In this document: piece after piece, positions 30,001-45,000 of the stretch
How the letters are laid out: every line of letters starts with the position of its first letter
How positions within the stretch are numbered: the stretch's first letter is position 1
From: Thalia democratica
Lineage: Eukaryota
Length of the DNA: 64,000 bases
Assembly: GCA_965202585.1 (NCBI GenBank)
Contig: OZ241826.1
Location: forward strand, 73,222,001-73,286,000
Direction: 5' to 3'
Made by a program: the position numbers and the translations under genes
Notes under the pieces: model-generated
The model's input: the letters and a program-made list of their open reading frames with translations, nothing else
Database searches by the model: none
What the model was told of the DNA's origin: nothing

Positions 30001-33000
30001 TTAATAAACGAAAGATCTCTTCGAAGTGTTTGTATAAGACTGAGACTGATTTTTTTGATAGTTCTAACCATTTTTTATTTTTGTATATTCAAGTTTTCAA
30101 TTTTGTCCGGTCTTTACAATCAAAAGAGGCAGACTACCTTCATCCCATTTTAATTACAAAATATAATAGTTACACATGTATTAAAACTGAAGTTGATGCA
30201 TATAACAATATAACCTAACTTATAACCATATAATTTTAAAATTTGAGTTGATTATTCTCCTTATTATTAAGTCGAGAACTTTTATTTTAATCTCGAAATT
30301 AAAAAGCAGACAATATAACCTAACATAAATTGATAATGTAACTTACCGTTTTTAAAGAAACTTAAGGAGTATGGAAAACTATAAAAGTGAAACTAATCGA
30401 GAAAACCCTAATCAAGTTTAATTAAGCTAACTTTTCAAAAAAATTCTTATTAGTTACAAAACACGTATTAATTTTAAAAAATAACTGAAGTGACTTTAAT
30501 ACTTATGCACTTTAAGTTTCATAAAACTTGTTTGTAAAAAAGTGATTAATAAACAAAAATTTACCTAAATGAGTGAAACATTTTGAAACTTACGAAAAAA
30601 TGTTTTTCTTTTACTACGGTTAAGTATAACTTGGTAAGCTTATACTGTATAACATTGTAGTTATATTATCTAAATATTGTAAAGCCTATTTTTGAGTAAG
30701 AAGATTTAAGCTCGTTGTCTCTGTCTAAGTTCTATAATAATATTTTTTAAACCAATAACTAGAATGTAACAACAAAAGATACAAATAGTTTAGTTTTATT
30801 TTTTAACTACTTTAAAATCCTTTTAGGTTATTAACTCTCAAGTTTGCTTAAACAGTCTCAGTAATAAAGAATAATATTTCTCAAAGTAGTTATTTAACAA
30901 AGCAACGAACGTAGGGCACGGTTGGGGGTCGACTTGACCCTCGCCACAGTAGTGGCCCGGTATGCAGTCGTCGCAGTCCTCAACTCTCACGTTCCCCGTC
31001 GTGTTCGAGAACGTGCCGCTGCTGCATGGGTAATCCAAGTAGTTTCCAGTACCTGAACAGTAACATCTACTTATAACGAATTGTTGACTGTTTTAATAAT
31101 CAGTTTTGATTACCAGTTTTAGTATTTAGTTTGCAATTGAAAAATCAAAGTACAAAGGTTTTTTTTTCAAGTTAAAAATGTCTAAACCTAATGGGCAGTA
31201 ATACCCGGCTGGGCAAACTTTTCCTTGCGTTTTGCTGCCTTCCTCGCAATAGTATCCCCTGGGACAGTCCCAACACTCGTCTTCGCTGGCCAGGTTGGTC
31301 ATATTGGTCCACTTTCCGGGCGGGCACGGGTACTCGTCACCGTCAGGGGTTCCTTTCTTGCAGTAGTGACCCGGATTGCAACTTGCTGGCGGAGAGTTCA
31401 TGCCTCCCGTGCCTTTAACAATTTTTAAGATCAATTTTGAAAGACAAGTTAAATTAAGTTTATGCTGTTAGTTTTCGATTAAAACAGTACATAATTACTA
31501 AAATGTTAAAGCTTTTTTAAGATATTTAAGGTGCGCATATTTTTGCATGTAAGCAGCTTAGTTTACTATTAAGTAGTTTTCAGAGTGTTGACGATATTTC
31601 TTTACAGTAAGTAACAACACAAACCTTCAGGACAATAGAACCTAATGGGACATGGCAAACACTCGTCTTTGCTTTTCAAATTGTACTCATCTGTGAACGT
31701 TCCTGCCTCGCACGGATTTGAGTTCGGGTCAGCTGTTCCTTCCGGACAAAAGTGGCTGGGAGTTAAACAGTTTTATCTTTGGTATATCAATGTTAAACTA
31801 TTAAAGTGAATCAAGTTTTTACCAAAAGTAACAAAAAAAAAACTATTGTTCTATGTAGGATGAATTTTAGTTAATATTAAACTTTAGGTCCGTGAAATAT
31901 TGCAACTTAGTATCATTGTTCTATAAAACTTATAACTATTTTCAATAACTAAAACATAAAAATATTTCAAATAAAGAAACCTTTGCTTACCAGTTCAGTT
32001 TAAAGCGTTTACATCAAAAATAAAACAAAACAAACCCCTGAGAGCAAGGCGAGTTGGGTTTGGTGAGCGCTGCCACCGTGCATGCCATGCCTGCCGTGCA
32101 AGGTGTACAGAAAGATTCAGCTTCCATGCTCATTGAAGCGGAAAATGTTCCCGACGGGCACGGTTCCGGTTCAACGGTTCCTTCCAAACAGTAGTAACCG
32201 GAAGGGCAGCTCTCACACTCACTTGGTGCTGTTGTAATAGTTTTTAGCTAAAGCTTTACTCTATATGTTTAAGTAAAATTCCAACGTTTAGTACAGAGTG
32301 ATATATTTAAATAAGCAGGATAAGTTGTTTATACTTCAACCGTTATTTTTTCAATTTTTATTCTTTAATCTTAAAGATACGTAAAGGAAAATTATCATAA
32401 AACAATTTTTCTACCTTTGTTCAAAAAGTTTTAAAAAACTCAAAAACTAAATTAAAGTAAAAACGGTTAACAAAACCTATCGTCGATTGTCCAAAAATTA
32501 AACTTACTTAAAATATAGCACACAAAAGAACGTTTTGCATAAACACTACAACCAGTAAATTACTTTATTGATTAATTAAAAAAATTATATAAAACAAACC
32601 TATAGATCCTTCCTCTACAGTGTAAGTGCCCGCAAGGCAGGGCTCTGGTCCATTAGAATCCCCGAAATTTCCGTTACCACCAGTGCAGTGGTGACATTTT
32701 GGGCACGCTAGGTTCGGAGCCGAGCTTCCTATTTATAAATATTTTTTTTTCTATGCAAATAAAAAGTTTTAGCTTTTCCTACCTGCCGGGCAGTAGCGAC
32801 CCGCGGGGCACGGGTTTTTTTTGCACGCGCTCTCGCTCTGTTGCCCTGCCAACGGGTTGTACGTTCCGGGCGGGCAAGGTTCGATGGTGGCCGTTTCAGT
32901 TTTGGCCTGGCAGTAGTGACCGGGTGGGCAGGTGTTGGTTGATTTCGGGTAGCCCGCAGTGGCCTCGTCGCAAAAGTATCCTTGGAGATTTTTTTTTTAA

Positions 33001-36000
33001 ACTTATAATATTCAAATGATTACTTTAATGTATAATTATAAGTTCATAGCTCATAATATTTTTTGTAAGTCTAAAAGAAACATGTAAGTTCTATGAGTTG
33101 TTTTGCTTTTATATTTTTTACAGGGGCCAAAGTTTGAAAAAGTATATGAGAAAGAAATGTTATATTTATGTAAAACTAAGTAGTGTGTTACTATTTTGTA
33201 GTTAATAAGCCAAAGATATACAAAAACTTTGAAAGGGCTTTATTTTTTTAATGCAAATATCTTTAGATTAATAAAGAAATTATTACTTTAAGTATTAATC
33301 TATGATTTAAATAAAACTAAAAATATTTGTTATGTAATTAAAAATTTTTTAATGAGTACTAATGAACTTTAGTCTTTTTGTTTAAACTGGTGTATTTTAA
33401 ACCTGGAGGGCAGTCTGAACAATCAGATTCTTGCTCAAGCTGATTATTTAACCCGTAAGTTCCCGCGGGACAAGCTTCGGGGGAAGTCGTTCCGGTTGTG
33501 CAGTAGTAACCTAAGTTTCAAAAAAATTTAAGTTACTTTGTAAGAAAACGAAGCTATCATTTATTTATCAATTTAGTACCATGTTTAGCTTAATATCAAA
33601 CTTTGCTTCATTTTATTAAAAAAAAAAAGGTACTTAAGTTTGATTTTTTAAACAGGTTTTTTTTGACTTTATAAAGTTCTTGGTAAGATTTTATATGAGC
33701 ATTAAAAATACTTTGCATTTAAACTAACTATTTTTACAGCAAACAAATTACTAAAAACTTTATCTAAAGAGATGAAAAAATTAATAATTTATATAAGCCA
33801 ACAGTTTTAAAAACTTATCACAGCAAAGACATTATAACAACTTTTTAAACTTAAGATTAATCTAATTCTTAATTATAGAAACCAACCGAGGGGACATTTA
33901 GAATCAGTAGGAGTTGGAGATTTGCTCGCCTCTTCACACAAGTAACCAGCGTTGCAGTCATCACAAGTTGTAGATTTATCAAACGAGTACTGACCTGTAA
34001 TGTAATTATCATTAGAGTACAACAAAAGAACATTTAACTAATAAAAAAACTAAGTAACTAAATGTTCTAATTATTTCATGACAATAAGACTCAAAAGCGG
34101 TCAGCAATCAAACTTTTATTTTTTGTGGTTTTATACCGGAATTTTATCATCAAACTCTAAATTAAACATTCTTTCAAACTTACCAGGAGGGCATGGCTTA
34201 GGGGGCAGTGTCGGGTCGCTGCATTCGTACCCGGCCGGGCAGACGGTGCAATTAGCCTGACCACCCAGGCTGTAGTACCCAGGGTTGCAGGGGCTTCCCG
34301 ATTTTTTGGTGTCGGGGCACTGCTTACCTGCCGGACATTGCGTGCATTTCTGTTTGTTTTAAAAAGTTTCTTTTGCTTCAGTTGGTAAATATTTGATTAA
34401 AAAAATTATTCACTTAAAAGGAATCTTTTTTTTAGTAAAACTCTTTTTTACTGTCTAAATATTTTCAAAATGTATTTTAATAAGTATTTAGTTTTGAAGA
34501 AATGTTTTTAAAACCAAAAAAATCCAACATAAAAATATTTATATTCTTATCAAATAAACAACACTTGTATTAAATAACACAGTTATAGCATCATAAAATT
34601 GTCGTAATACTGACAGGTTGACCAGGGTCAGAGTAAGTTCCAGGTTGACAATCGACCACATAGGCAACGTAGGGGTTGGGGCAAGCAGTACCCGCCACGC
34701 ATTCGGTGCAAGACGACTGCCTGCCTACGCTGAAGCTGCCCGGGTCACAAATGGTCAGACCTCCGTCTTGCGCGTCCTTAGTTGGACAGTAGTACCCTGG
34801 CGGGCACTCGTTGCAATGCTGAATGTTAATGTTTTAATTTTTTAATATAGTTATTACTATCTTTTTTAATTTTCTTTAAATATTTTATTATTATCTTTGT
34901 TAAACTAAGTTAATAATTTGTTACATGTTCTTAATAACAATCTTAATAACAATGACTGACGAAAAAACTAAATTTATTTTTACAATTTATTTCTAAATTT
35001 CTAAACAAATAATGAAAACTTAATAGTTTGTGTTAGTAAATGTAACTATAGAATTAAATTTTATGAACGAAATTCTAACTACTAACAGTTTGCGCTTCTC
35101 CTGCGAACGTACCATCCTCGCATTCAATCTCAGTATCGGAATTAGTGAAAGGGCAAGCGTAACCGGCTCTACAAGGAGTGCAAGTAATTGCTTTTGCTAA
35201 TGAGTAGTATCCCTATAATGAGTTGGATAAATTTATCTACAGAAATTTAATTTCTGATATTTGATAATAGCTTCATATTTAATAAGTGTTTATATAAGAA
35301 AGTTAATAATTCTAAACTTTGAAATAAAAGAAAGTTCTTGTTTTATACAGTTTGTCGTTAACTTTATAAAACAACAGAAAAAAATTATAAAAGTATATTA
35401 CTGAGAAAGCTTTCAATTTGTCTTTATTTATTTATAGCGTGTGATTAAAAATTAAAACTTTTAACTCATCCTTTTACTAAGCTGTTAAATATTTTAAATT
35501 TTCTTAACCATCAAAATCTTATATTAAGTAAAAATAGGTGCAAGTACAGAAAGAGTCAAATCGTATGAAAATACTATTGAGAAAAGAATAAAAACAATTT
35601 TCTTATCTAAAACTTGATAAAAATTTGCTAGTATTGTGATAAAACTAACAGGTAAGCAGTAAGCATTATCGCTTCCGTCTTTCGCAGGACATTTTGAACC
35701 CGCTTCGCATTGCGTACACTCCTTCTGTCCCCCGAACGAGAACTCATCCTCTCCGCACTCGTTCTCAACATCTTTGTCGGTATCAGGACACTCGTAACCG
35801 GCTGAGCAGGACTCACAAACAAAAGCATTTTTCAGCGAGTACGACCCTAAAGGTGCAAGGTTGAATCAAGTTGTAAGAATTGTTTTTGAATACAAGCTAC
35901 ATTTTTTTACCTAATTTAAAAATAAAACAAAAAACAGTATGCTTTAATTTTGAAATAAATAAGATACTAGTTTTGTTTTTAACCTTCAGGACACTTAATT

Positions 36001-39000
36001 ACGACTGCTTGGTCCGGGTACGGGCAAACAGAACCGGCCGGGCACTCTTGGCAGGACATCTGACCTTCTAATGAGTACGTTCCTGCGTCGCACGGTACAA
36101 TGGTGTTCTGTTTGCATGAAAGCAAAAAAAATTGACAAAACTTGATAAGAAAATCTTAATTTTATACTTTGTATCTTATATCACAATAAATTAAATTAAC
36201 TTTATTAAATTCATTATTATATTTATTTATTTATACTCACACTCTCGCAGCTGACGCCGGCGGGGCAGGGAAGGCAGGTAGAAGTTCCCGGTGGCACGTA
36301 AGTTCCGTCACTGCACTCTACAGATGGTGCGCTGTTTAAAATATTCACGGGTAGTATTTTTAAAACTATAAAACACACAAAAATTAAATCCAATGGGGTT
36401 TTCAGTTCGATATTCGAGTGTGTTTGTGACATGAGGAAAACAAAAATTAGTGTTAAGCCGTTCACATTTATTTGCGTTTAAATTGAAAATAATATATATA
36501 TTTTTAAAACAAGTTATGCATTTATTAAACTATAAGTTCCATGAGCAGTACAAAAGCATTTTTTTTCAAACTCACACACCTTGGATCGCAAATTTTACCG
36601 GTTTCGCACGGATCGCATTTCGTTTGATTCACTTTTCCGTTTGTAGTCGATCCAGATGGACACGGTGTGACTGTTTTAGTGTCTGGACAGTAGTAGCCTG
36701 ATGTTTAAGTACTTTGTCAATATATAATTCCACATGTGAAAAGATTTTAAAGTATTGTATTAAGTATAAAAATCAAACCTAATCCAGTATTATAAATAAT
36801 ACAAATTAATATTTTTTTTGAACTCAATTGAACTTTTAAAACACTAAAATTGTTCACATATAATAATTGTTCACAACCTGCAGGACAACCCTTGCAATAA
36901 CCCCAACCAGTCTCGCTGTACGTTCCCGCAGGACACAATCGTTGAAAATTAGATGATGGGCATTCTTTCCCGGCGGGACAGGGCGAACACGTCGATACTC
37001 CCTTTGTTTTAAACATTAAACATATTAATTTCAGAATCGATTGATGTATAAAAGAAGCAGCTTATATAAGTTTTGCATTATATATACTTCTGATTATGTA
37101 TTATTTTTAGAAATATGTGTAATTTAAGTATATTAAAGTTTGTTTAAATACTTATTAGATAAAATTTTCACTTAAGTCTCTTAAATTGGAATAGAATTTA
37201 CCTCAGGAGAAAATTCACCGAAATCGCAGTCGATCGGTGGTTGAGTTGGATCTGGACACCTTTTACCTGCTGGACATACCTGGCAAGAAGGTGACATTTC
37301 CATTTCTTCAGAATAAGTACCATCAGGGCAATTCTTTTCCTGCTCTTTGTCGTCACAGTAAAATCCTCTTGAGCACACATGGCATATTCTCTATAAATTT
37401 GTAAGTTGAACAAGAAATAAAAAGTTATTTTGTGGTAAGCTTTTTACTATGAAGGTATTTATTTTGTAAAACAATTTTTTATACTTTTTAGTAAAACAGG
37501 TACAAAAGTATGTTTTGTATCATTAAAAAAGCAAAAAAAAAATTACATTACTTTTAGTAAGTTGTCATATTTACTTTAAAGCTAAATTATAAAGTTAAAA
37601 CTTACCTGGTAAGCTGAAAAATTTTGTTTTACACATGACTATTCTATTTATTTATTTAATCCAAATCAACTAACTTCCCCTTGAGCGCTGTATTCCCCGT
37701 CAGGACAATTTTCAGGCCTCAAAGCTGGATCTGTGCACTTTTTGCCTGCCGGACATTCTTGACAGGAACTGGCTCCTGGGTTGGCGTTTGTGTGCTTGTC
37801 TGAGTGTTTAAAACGTTTTTAGCTTTTTTTAACACATTGTTACTAAATAGTGTCGAAGCCTTTATAAACTTTTTTTGAGCTTAATGATAGCTACTGTTTA
37901 TTCATATTTTCAATTTTACATAAACTAAATACCTGCTGGACATTCGGAACAGGTTGATACTCCCAGTGTTGAAAAGTATCCCGGAGGACAATCGACCGGA
38001 GATGTTGATCCGGGACACTCTTGGCCGGTTGGACATTGCAAGCAACTACTGGCTCCGGCTGAGCTGTACGTACCTTCGCCGCAAGCCTGGTTTGAAAATT
38101 ATCTTTATCTATCAGTTTACAGTTTCGATGGTTTACAAAGAAACATTTTTTCATGCAGTTTTTGTCAGCTTAACTTTCAAAATTTGTTTACTAAACTAAT
38201 TAGTTCACAAATTATATACAAAGAGCATTTTTAAATTTCAAAGAACGCGAAAAGGCATTCAAAAGTATAAGCAATTGTGTTTTTTATTTATGCTTACGCT
38301 TATAATTATAAAATTTTCTATTAAACTAGGTTTTTATTTTTGTAATTTCTTGCTTATTAAGTAAAAAAAAACATTGCGACAACAATATTTTTCCTTCTTA
38401 AAAGATTCTAAACAGTTTTTAACAGTATCTTGTCCTTGACAAGGCGTTAAAAGGTATTCAAGAGGTGTACAAATCGATAAGCAAAAGGTTTGTTTGTTCA
38501 CCAGGTACTAAGACCAAATGCTTTAAGCGCTTTTTTTTGTCGTTCAGTAAGCAGTAGTTTTAGCTTTTGCTGAATCAATTGTTGTTCAAAAGACAAAAAT
38601 AGGTGTATATAACCTTTTTATCATTTATATATGAAAAAAATTATAATAGGTGTTCACTTTGAACTTTGAACAACCTGGTACGTTTGTCCTAAGTAAGACT
38701 TTTTACATTGATTTCATAATTGATAAACAAATTTTGACATTTTAGTTACACAGCAGCTGTTTTTCAAATTACCCTAAGCTAAGAAAATTAATTCTTGTTT
38801 TGTTTGCTTTATGACAAGCTAAAATTAAACATTTTACTAGAATTAAATTGATTGTCCTTCATACACTGTCATGCTTGAAATACTAATTGAGAATTCTTGA
38901 ATTCTGTTATTTAAAAAAAAATTGTTATTTTTTTACTATAAGCACAGTAATTTACTTTTATTTAGTTAAAAGTTATGTTTTATAACTAAAACAATTCATA

Positions 39001-42000
39001 GATAACTTTTTTTTCAGATATAAAATGATTATATACATTTTTATAGCCATCCTCAGTGCAGTATTCCTTTATCAGCTGAAAAAAATAAAAGGGAAAGCTG
39101 AAATAAAAAAACTCATCTCATTTTACAAACAAACAAAAAGTTGGGCTCACACTGTGCAATCAGATGACACAATAAGAAAGTTCACAATAGATGTTCCTCA
39201 AACAGAAATAGATTTTTTGAACAATCGCTTGGACTCAATTAAGTAAGTCAAACTAATAAAAGTGTATGTTAATACTATGATAGTATAGTTTTTCTACTGT
39301 TTTAATTATCTAGATATTTTTACTATATTTTAATAAGTTTTGTGATGTGGTTATGTTAGGGTCTTAATGACACAAAAAATAGAAAAGTTGTAGGTTGTAA
39401 GATCAAAAGTAGTATCTAACTCAAAAATAAAATAATTTGATATGTTTTTTTTTTGAGAAGCTTTGAGTGTTTTGCATTTTTAGTGCATAACTAAAAGAAA
39501 CTTTTTGACTAATACACTACTATAACATATGTCTAAATTCCTAATTTTAGTTATATACCAAATTTTTTTTAAATAACTGTAAGTGAAATTCATTTCATTA
39601 TTTAGATAAAGTTGCAAAATATAAATGTATATGATATTTAACATTTAAATTACTTAGTTTTTTATAGATGGCCAGTTCAGTCACTTCCTGGAACCAACTT
39701 TACTTATGGGTTTAGAAATGATAAAATGAAAAGTATCGTTAAACATTGGAGAAATGAATACAAATGGTCAGAAAGACAAGAGCTTTTTAATAAACTTGAT
39801 AACTACAAAACTAAAATTGAGGGTTTAGACTTACATTTTATACACGAAAAATCACAACACAAAAATGTTAGTTTTTAGTTGCTTTTAAAAATTAAGAAAT
39901 TTTAATATTTAGAACTTCTGTTATCAGCAGTTTTTTTTTAATTTTTACTAGTTTAAGAAAATGTATATGTTTATTAGTAATCTGCAAATATTTTTCAGGC
40001 GAAACCAATTCTGATAACTCATGGATGGCCTGGCTCTGTTGTGGAGTTTTTCAAGCTAATACCACTGCTAACAGAAAAAAATGATGAAAATAGCTTTCAT
40101 GTAGTCTGTGCCTCAATTCCTGGTTATGGTTTTTCAGATGCAGCTCAAAAGCCTGGTTAGTGCTATATTATCAACTAGATTTTTTTTTGAAAATTCTGTG
40201 ACATAGTTAACACAATAGTTACAGATAATAAATTAGTTACTTCCCTATTTAAAGTGTATTTGAAATTATTATAGTTTAAATAACTAGATAAATTAATATT
40301 TAAACTGTTATTTTGATAAAACATTTTTCAAAGAATAACTAATTTAGCATATTAGTTAAATTTTACAGCAACAAATGCATCTAGATTTTATGTATTGTAA
40401 AAATAGTACAATAATTGTTTTAGTTATTAGTTTGTTTTAGGGTGCATATTAGAACAACAACTTTTAATTTTTCTGCTTTTTTTAGCAAATTTCACAAATG
40501 TACCTTGTGCAAAATTTAAATAGATTAAATTTTTTTTTTAATTTACGGTAGAGAGTTTTGATTTTCTGAAAACAATCCAATGCAAACAGCACTGGAAGTA
40601 AAAATTGTGACCTTAAAGTTTTTAGCTGCAAGTATTTTTGCAAATAGCTGCAAGCAATTATCACAAAAAAACATTGTGCAAATTTTTAGACAATTAAAAT
40701 AAAGTTAAACAGAGGCGTTTCTTGACTATTTGATTAAAATCTAAGAATTCAAAAAAATTTACAAAAAATGATAAAAATTACACAAAATCAAGAAGCGCCT
40801 CTGTGAAAGATTGTTAAAATCTTATTTAATTCTGCACAATATGTTTTTAGTGATTGCCACATGTAAAACAACTTCAAGCTAAATACTCTAAGGTCACATT
40901 TTTTTGCTCCCATACTGGGGTTATTTTCATTGCATTGGGGTTAATTCAGAATATAAAAATTTGTAGTTTTTTTAAACTGCTAAAATTTTGCACAAGATGC
41001 TTTTGTGGGGGTCGGGACAATTTTGCATGAGTGACAATTTTGCACAGAAGAGTAAAAAAATAATAACAATAAATAACAATAAAAATAGAAAACCGAACAA
41101 GGATTAGGGGTAACAGTGGTAGTCAAAAAATAAAAAAAAACTAGTATAAAAATAGAAAACGGACCAAGGGTAAAAGTGAATGTAAAAAAAGTAAATATAA
41201 AAATAATAACAATAAGAAAAAAAAGTTACTGACCAAGGGTAAGGGTTAGGGGTAACAATGATAGTAAAAAATATATAAAAATATAAAAATATAGTTAATT
41301 ATTAAAAAGAAAATTCAACCCGAGCAAAAGTGTTACATTTGTCAAATATAAAAAAGTAGCTGAAAACTTAAAAGTTGCATTAAAAACCCTTGGGGTGTAT
41401 TTTTTCATTGTAAAGCTTGCATATAAAAGTCATTGATATATACAAACCATACATTCAATAATTTTTTTAAAGGCTTTAATGCATATGAATGCGCGAGAGT
41501 TTTTAACACACTGATGAACAGATTAGGTTATGAAGAGTACATTGTGCATGGTGGTGATTGGGGTAGCATGATTTCTACTTGCATTGCTACTTTGTTTCCT
41601 GAGTGAGTTGTTCAATTGTTATGAATTTTATAAAAATCAATTACTAAGAAACAAGTTTTGATCATAAAAGGACTATGAAACTTAAAAATTATACTTTCTC
41701 ATTTAGTAAATCACTGTTTAAGAAAGTTGCAAGAACTAGTTAAACTTTTTAAGTCCTTTTTTGCATAATTTTACTTTTATATTATATTGTTAATCTTTAA
41801 CAGTCAATATTTTTGAGTTTCATACACTTTGAGTCAATATTTTGTAACAAGTAGTTGATTCTATAAAGTAAAAGCAATTAGTTTGTACTTCCAGCCATTG
41901 TATTCATTAATTAACTTATATACCTTTTAGTTTTGTTTTAAGATATTTTAATGAAAACTTCCTTTTTTTAAATACTTATGACAAATTAGTTGTTTTCATC

Positions 42001-45000
42001 AGAGTTGCCAAAAAATCTGGTATCCTTTAAAAACTTGGAGTTTGATAAATTTTGAAAAAAACCTAGAGTATCGAAGAAAGATCACTAATAAACATGAAAC
42101 TTTTAACAACTTATAAATGTATTGTAATGAAACTTCGATTTGAAAAAAAAAGATTTTATCATATAAATAAAAAATGTTTGCTTTGTTTTTCTCTTTTATA
42201 CATTTAAAGTGGCTTTAAAGTATCTTTTTAATGTTGTTATACTGTTTAAGATATTTTTTATATTTTTCATAAACTTAATTTTATACTAAAAGAAATTGTG
42301 ATTCAAAACACCTAGAAGAAATTTCTCAAAAACTTTTGGCAACCCTGTTTAATATTTTTTTAATTTTTTGTACCATTTACTAAAGATATTTTAAATTTAA
42401 AGGAATGTAAAAGGAATTCATCTCAACATGAATTCAGCCCGACCAACAGCAAAACACTATCTCAAACAATTTGTGGGATCATATTTTCCTTCTTTGTTCT
42501 ATCCAAAGGTAGAGGCAGACAAGATATTTCCTTTGGGAAAGAATTTCAAGAACCTGTTGGAAGAAACTGGGTATTTTCATATACAGGCAACTAAACCAGA
42601 CACAGTAGGTGAGACTTTTTTTTCTCCATTTTTCGAATAACTAACTTATTATTACAATTGCTTTTATAAATTTAGGTGACTGTTTCGTACTTAAAAGAGT
42701 TTTAATTTGTTATTTTGATTCCAAAACATTTTTTTTGATAATTTGATATTAAAGCTATTTTAACTCATCATCTTATTTTATAAAGTCTTGCATTTTAATC
42801 TAAAGTAGTCGTTATGAATATTTCAGTGTTCCTAAAAGTTTTACTTAATGCTCAGGTTTTGCTTTGAGTGATTCTCCTGTTGGACTAGCTGCTTATATAC
42901 TTGAAAAATTTTCTACTTGGACTGATATGGATTTTCGGTTATTTTCTTTTTTTTATATATACTATAAAGTTATTGTATCTACAGTGATTTTTTTATATAA
43001 TATAAAACTTAACATAAAGTTTTATGTAAAGTAATATTTTAAACTATTTTTACTTAGTCTTTTAATAGCAAAACGTTTAACAACTAAATTTAAAAAGTGC
43101 GATATAAAAGTATACATTTTTATAATGTAGAGTTAAGAATGAGTAAAAATTCCTAAAAACGGTTAGTTGAGCCTTAGTCATCTATTTTTAAGTAGGTCAA
43201 TACTTTTCATAAAAATTTATGTTGTGTTAAAAAGCAGTTTCAATAATGCAGTCATTTTTTCTTTATCTAAAAGTTTTTAGTTGTACAAGTCAATCATTTG
43301 ATTATGATAAATGTACCTGTTATATATGTATATACAAATATATGCGATGATTTCTTAAAATTTTAGCATAGTACATGGTTCCAATGAAATCAAGATATTA
43401 TTTCAACGGTCATTAATTTGTTTTTATTAATTCGTAATCTAAATCTGTTAATTAAGCGTTTTTGAAATAGTGTATTTGTTATACATTTATAAAAGTTAAA
43501 AAGAACCAAATGTGTAAAAAGAAATTAAATACTTTTTGGTGATTTTTGCTCATTAAAAACTTATTTTTCTAGTTCATACTTATATTATAGTAATTACAAT
43601 TAAGACAAAAGAAATTCAACTTCATTGTTCTACAAAACTTTATTGGCTCTTATAAGAGAAATATAATCATGTTGTCAGTTGGACTATTAGTCAGTTGTTA
43701 CTTGAAATTGAAATTTCAATTAATTTATAATATATAGCCATTTTTGAAAAAAAAAAACAAACCTATAGACAGTTTTTTTAGAGTAGGTTAAAAATTCAAT
43801 AATTATCTATTTTATTTATATATATATTATGTAAACAACAAATGTATCTATCTAGTAAACTTTGGAAAGTTCTGTAAAAACAGATCTCATTTTTTAAAAT
43901 GATAAGAAGTGATTGTGATTTAAAAATAATTTTATTTTTTCATTTTCGTTTTATAATTAACTAAGAAATAACTTTAAATATTTGTTTTGATAGATTTAAA
44001 ACTGTATAAACATTCTTGTCAACAACTTCATAGCTAAAAAAACTTTATTAACTTAGTTTAATTTAGTTAATTACGATGAAAGTTTTAAAAGGTTTGCGGT
44101 TTATCCTAGTTTTAGTTTTTTTTTTAAATAGTTTTTCTTCTACTTTAAACAAAACTTTTAATTTTAAAAATAAAAGAAACACTGAAGATGGAAGTTTAGC
44201 AAAACACTTTACTTTAGATGAGCTGCTAGACAATGTGATGGTTTACTGGATTAACAACAACATAACATCTTCAATGAGATTTTATAAGGAGAATATTTCG
44301 AGATCATATGATGACGTTAAAAAACTAGGAAGGTATAAATAGTTATGCTACAACAATAAAGTGTTTTTTTTTTGTAACATTTTGTTTTGAAATTTATAAA
44401 GTTTTTTAGCTTGCATATGAAAAATTTAATTTGTAATCAACGGTCAAAAATTATTTAAGAATCTTTTTATACCCTATTTACTTAAATTAAATCAAAAAAT
44501 GTATTTCTTTTTATACTTAGCCTAACCAACGGTGCTAGGGCTTAATATTTTAAAAATATTCCTCCTTATACTGTTTTTCCTAAAGTGTACTCAAAAGATA
44601 ACCGCTTCAAACAGTTTGCAGTTGAAAATGCCGTCGGGGTACGCTTGGTTTCCTAATGAGATTGCTCCAGTGTCGAAAGAGATTGTCACTGACAAGTTCA
44701 CCAACATGGTCCAGTTCACCTACATGAAAGAAGGAGGCCACTTCGCCGCCTTTCAGCATCCTCAGCTGGTTGCCGATGAATTGAAAAAATTTTCATCCAA
44801 AGTTGAAATTTAATTTTTATTAAAATTTTATATGTGCTCTTTTCATAAACATATTTTTCATTAAAGTATTTTAAAACCAATCAAATGAAATGTAATCATA
44901 ATACAATAACATATGCAATGCTTACTATTATGTTTTGGTGTAATTTTTTGAAAAACTAACTGTAATTTACTGTTTGAAACATTGCAGATGTTTTGTAATA

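Noticed and set aside
44720-44770. EPHX1 GGHFAAFQHP instead of the usual ..AAFEEP
   Set aside because: The catalytic Asp, Glu, His and both Tyr motifs are intact; the change is at a non-catalytic position and does not indicate a pseudogene.
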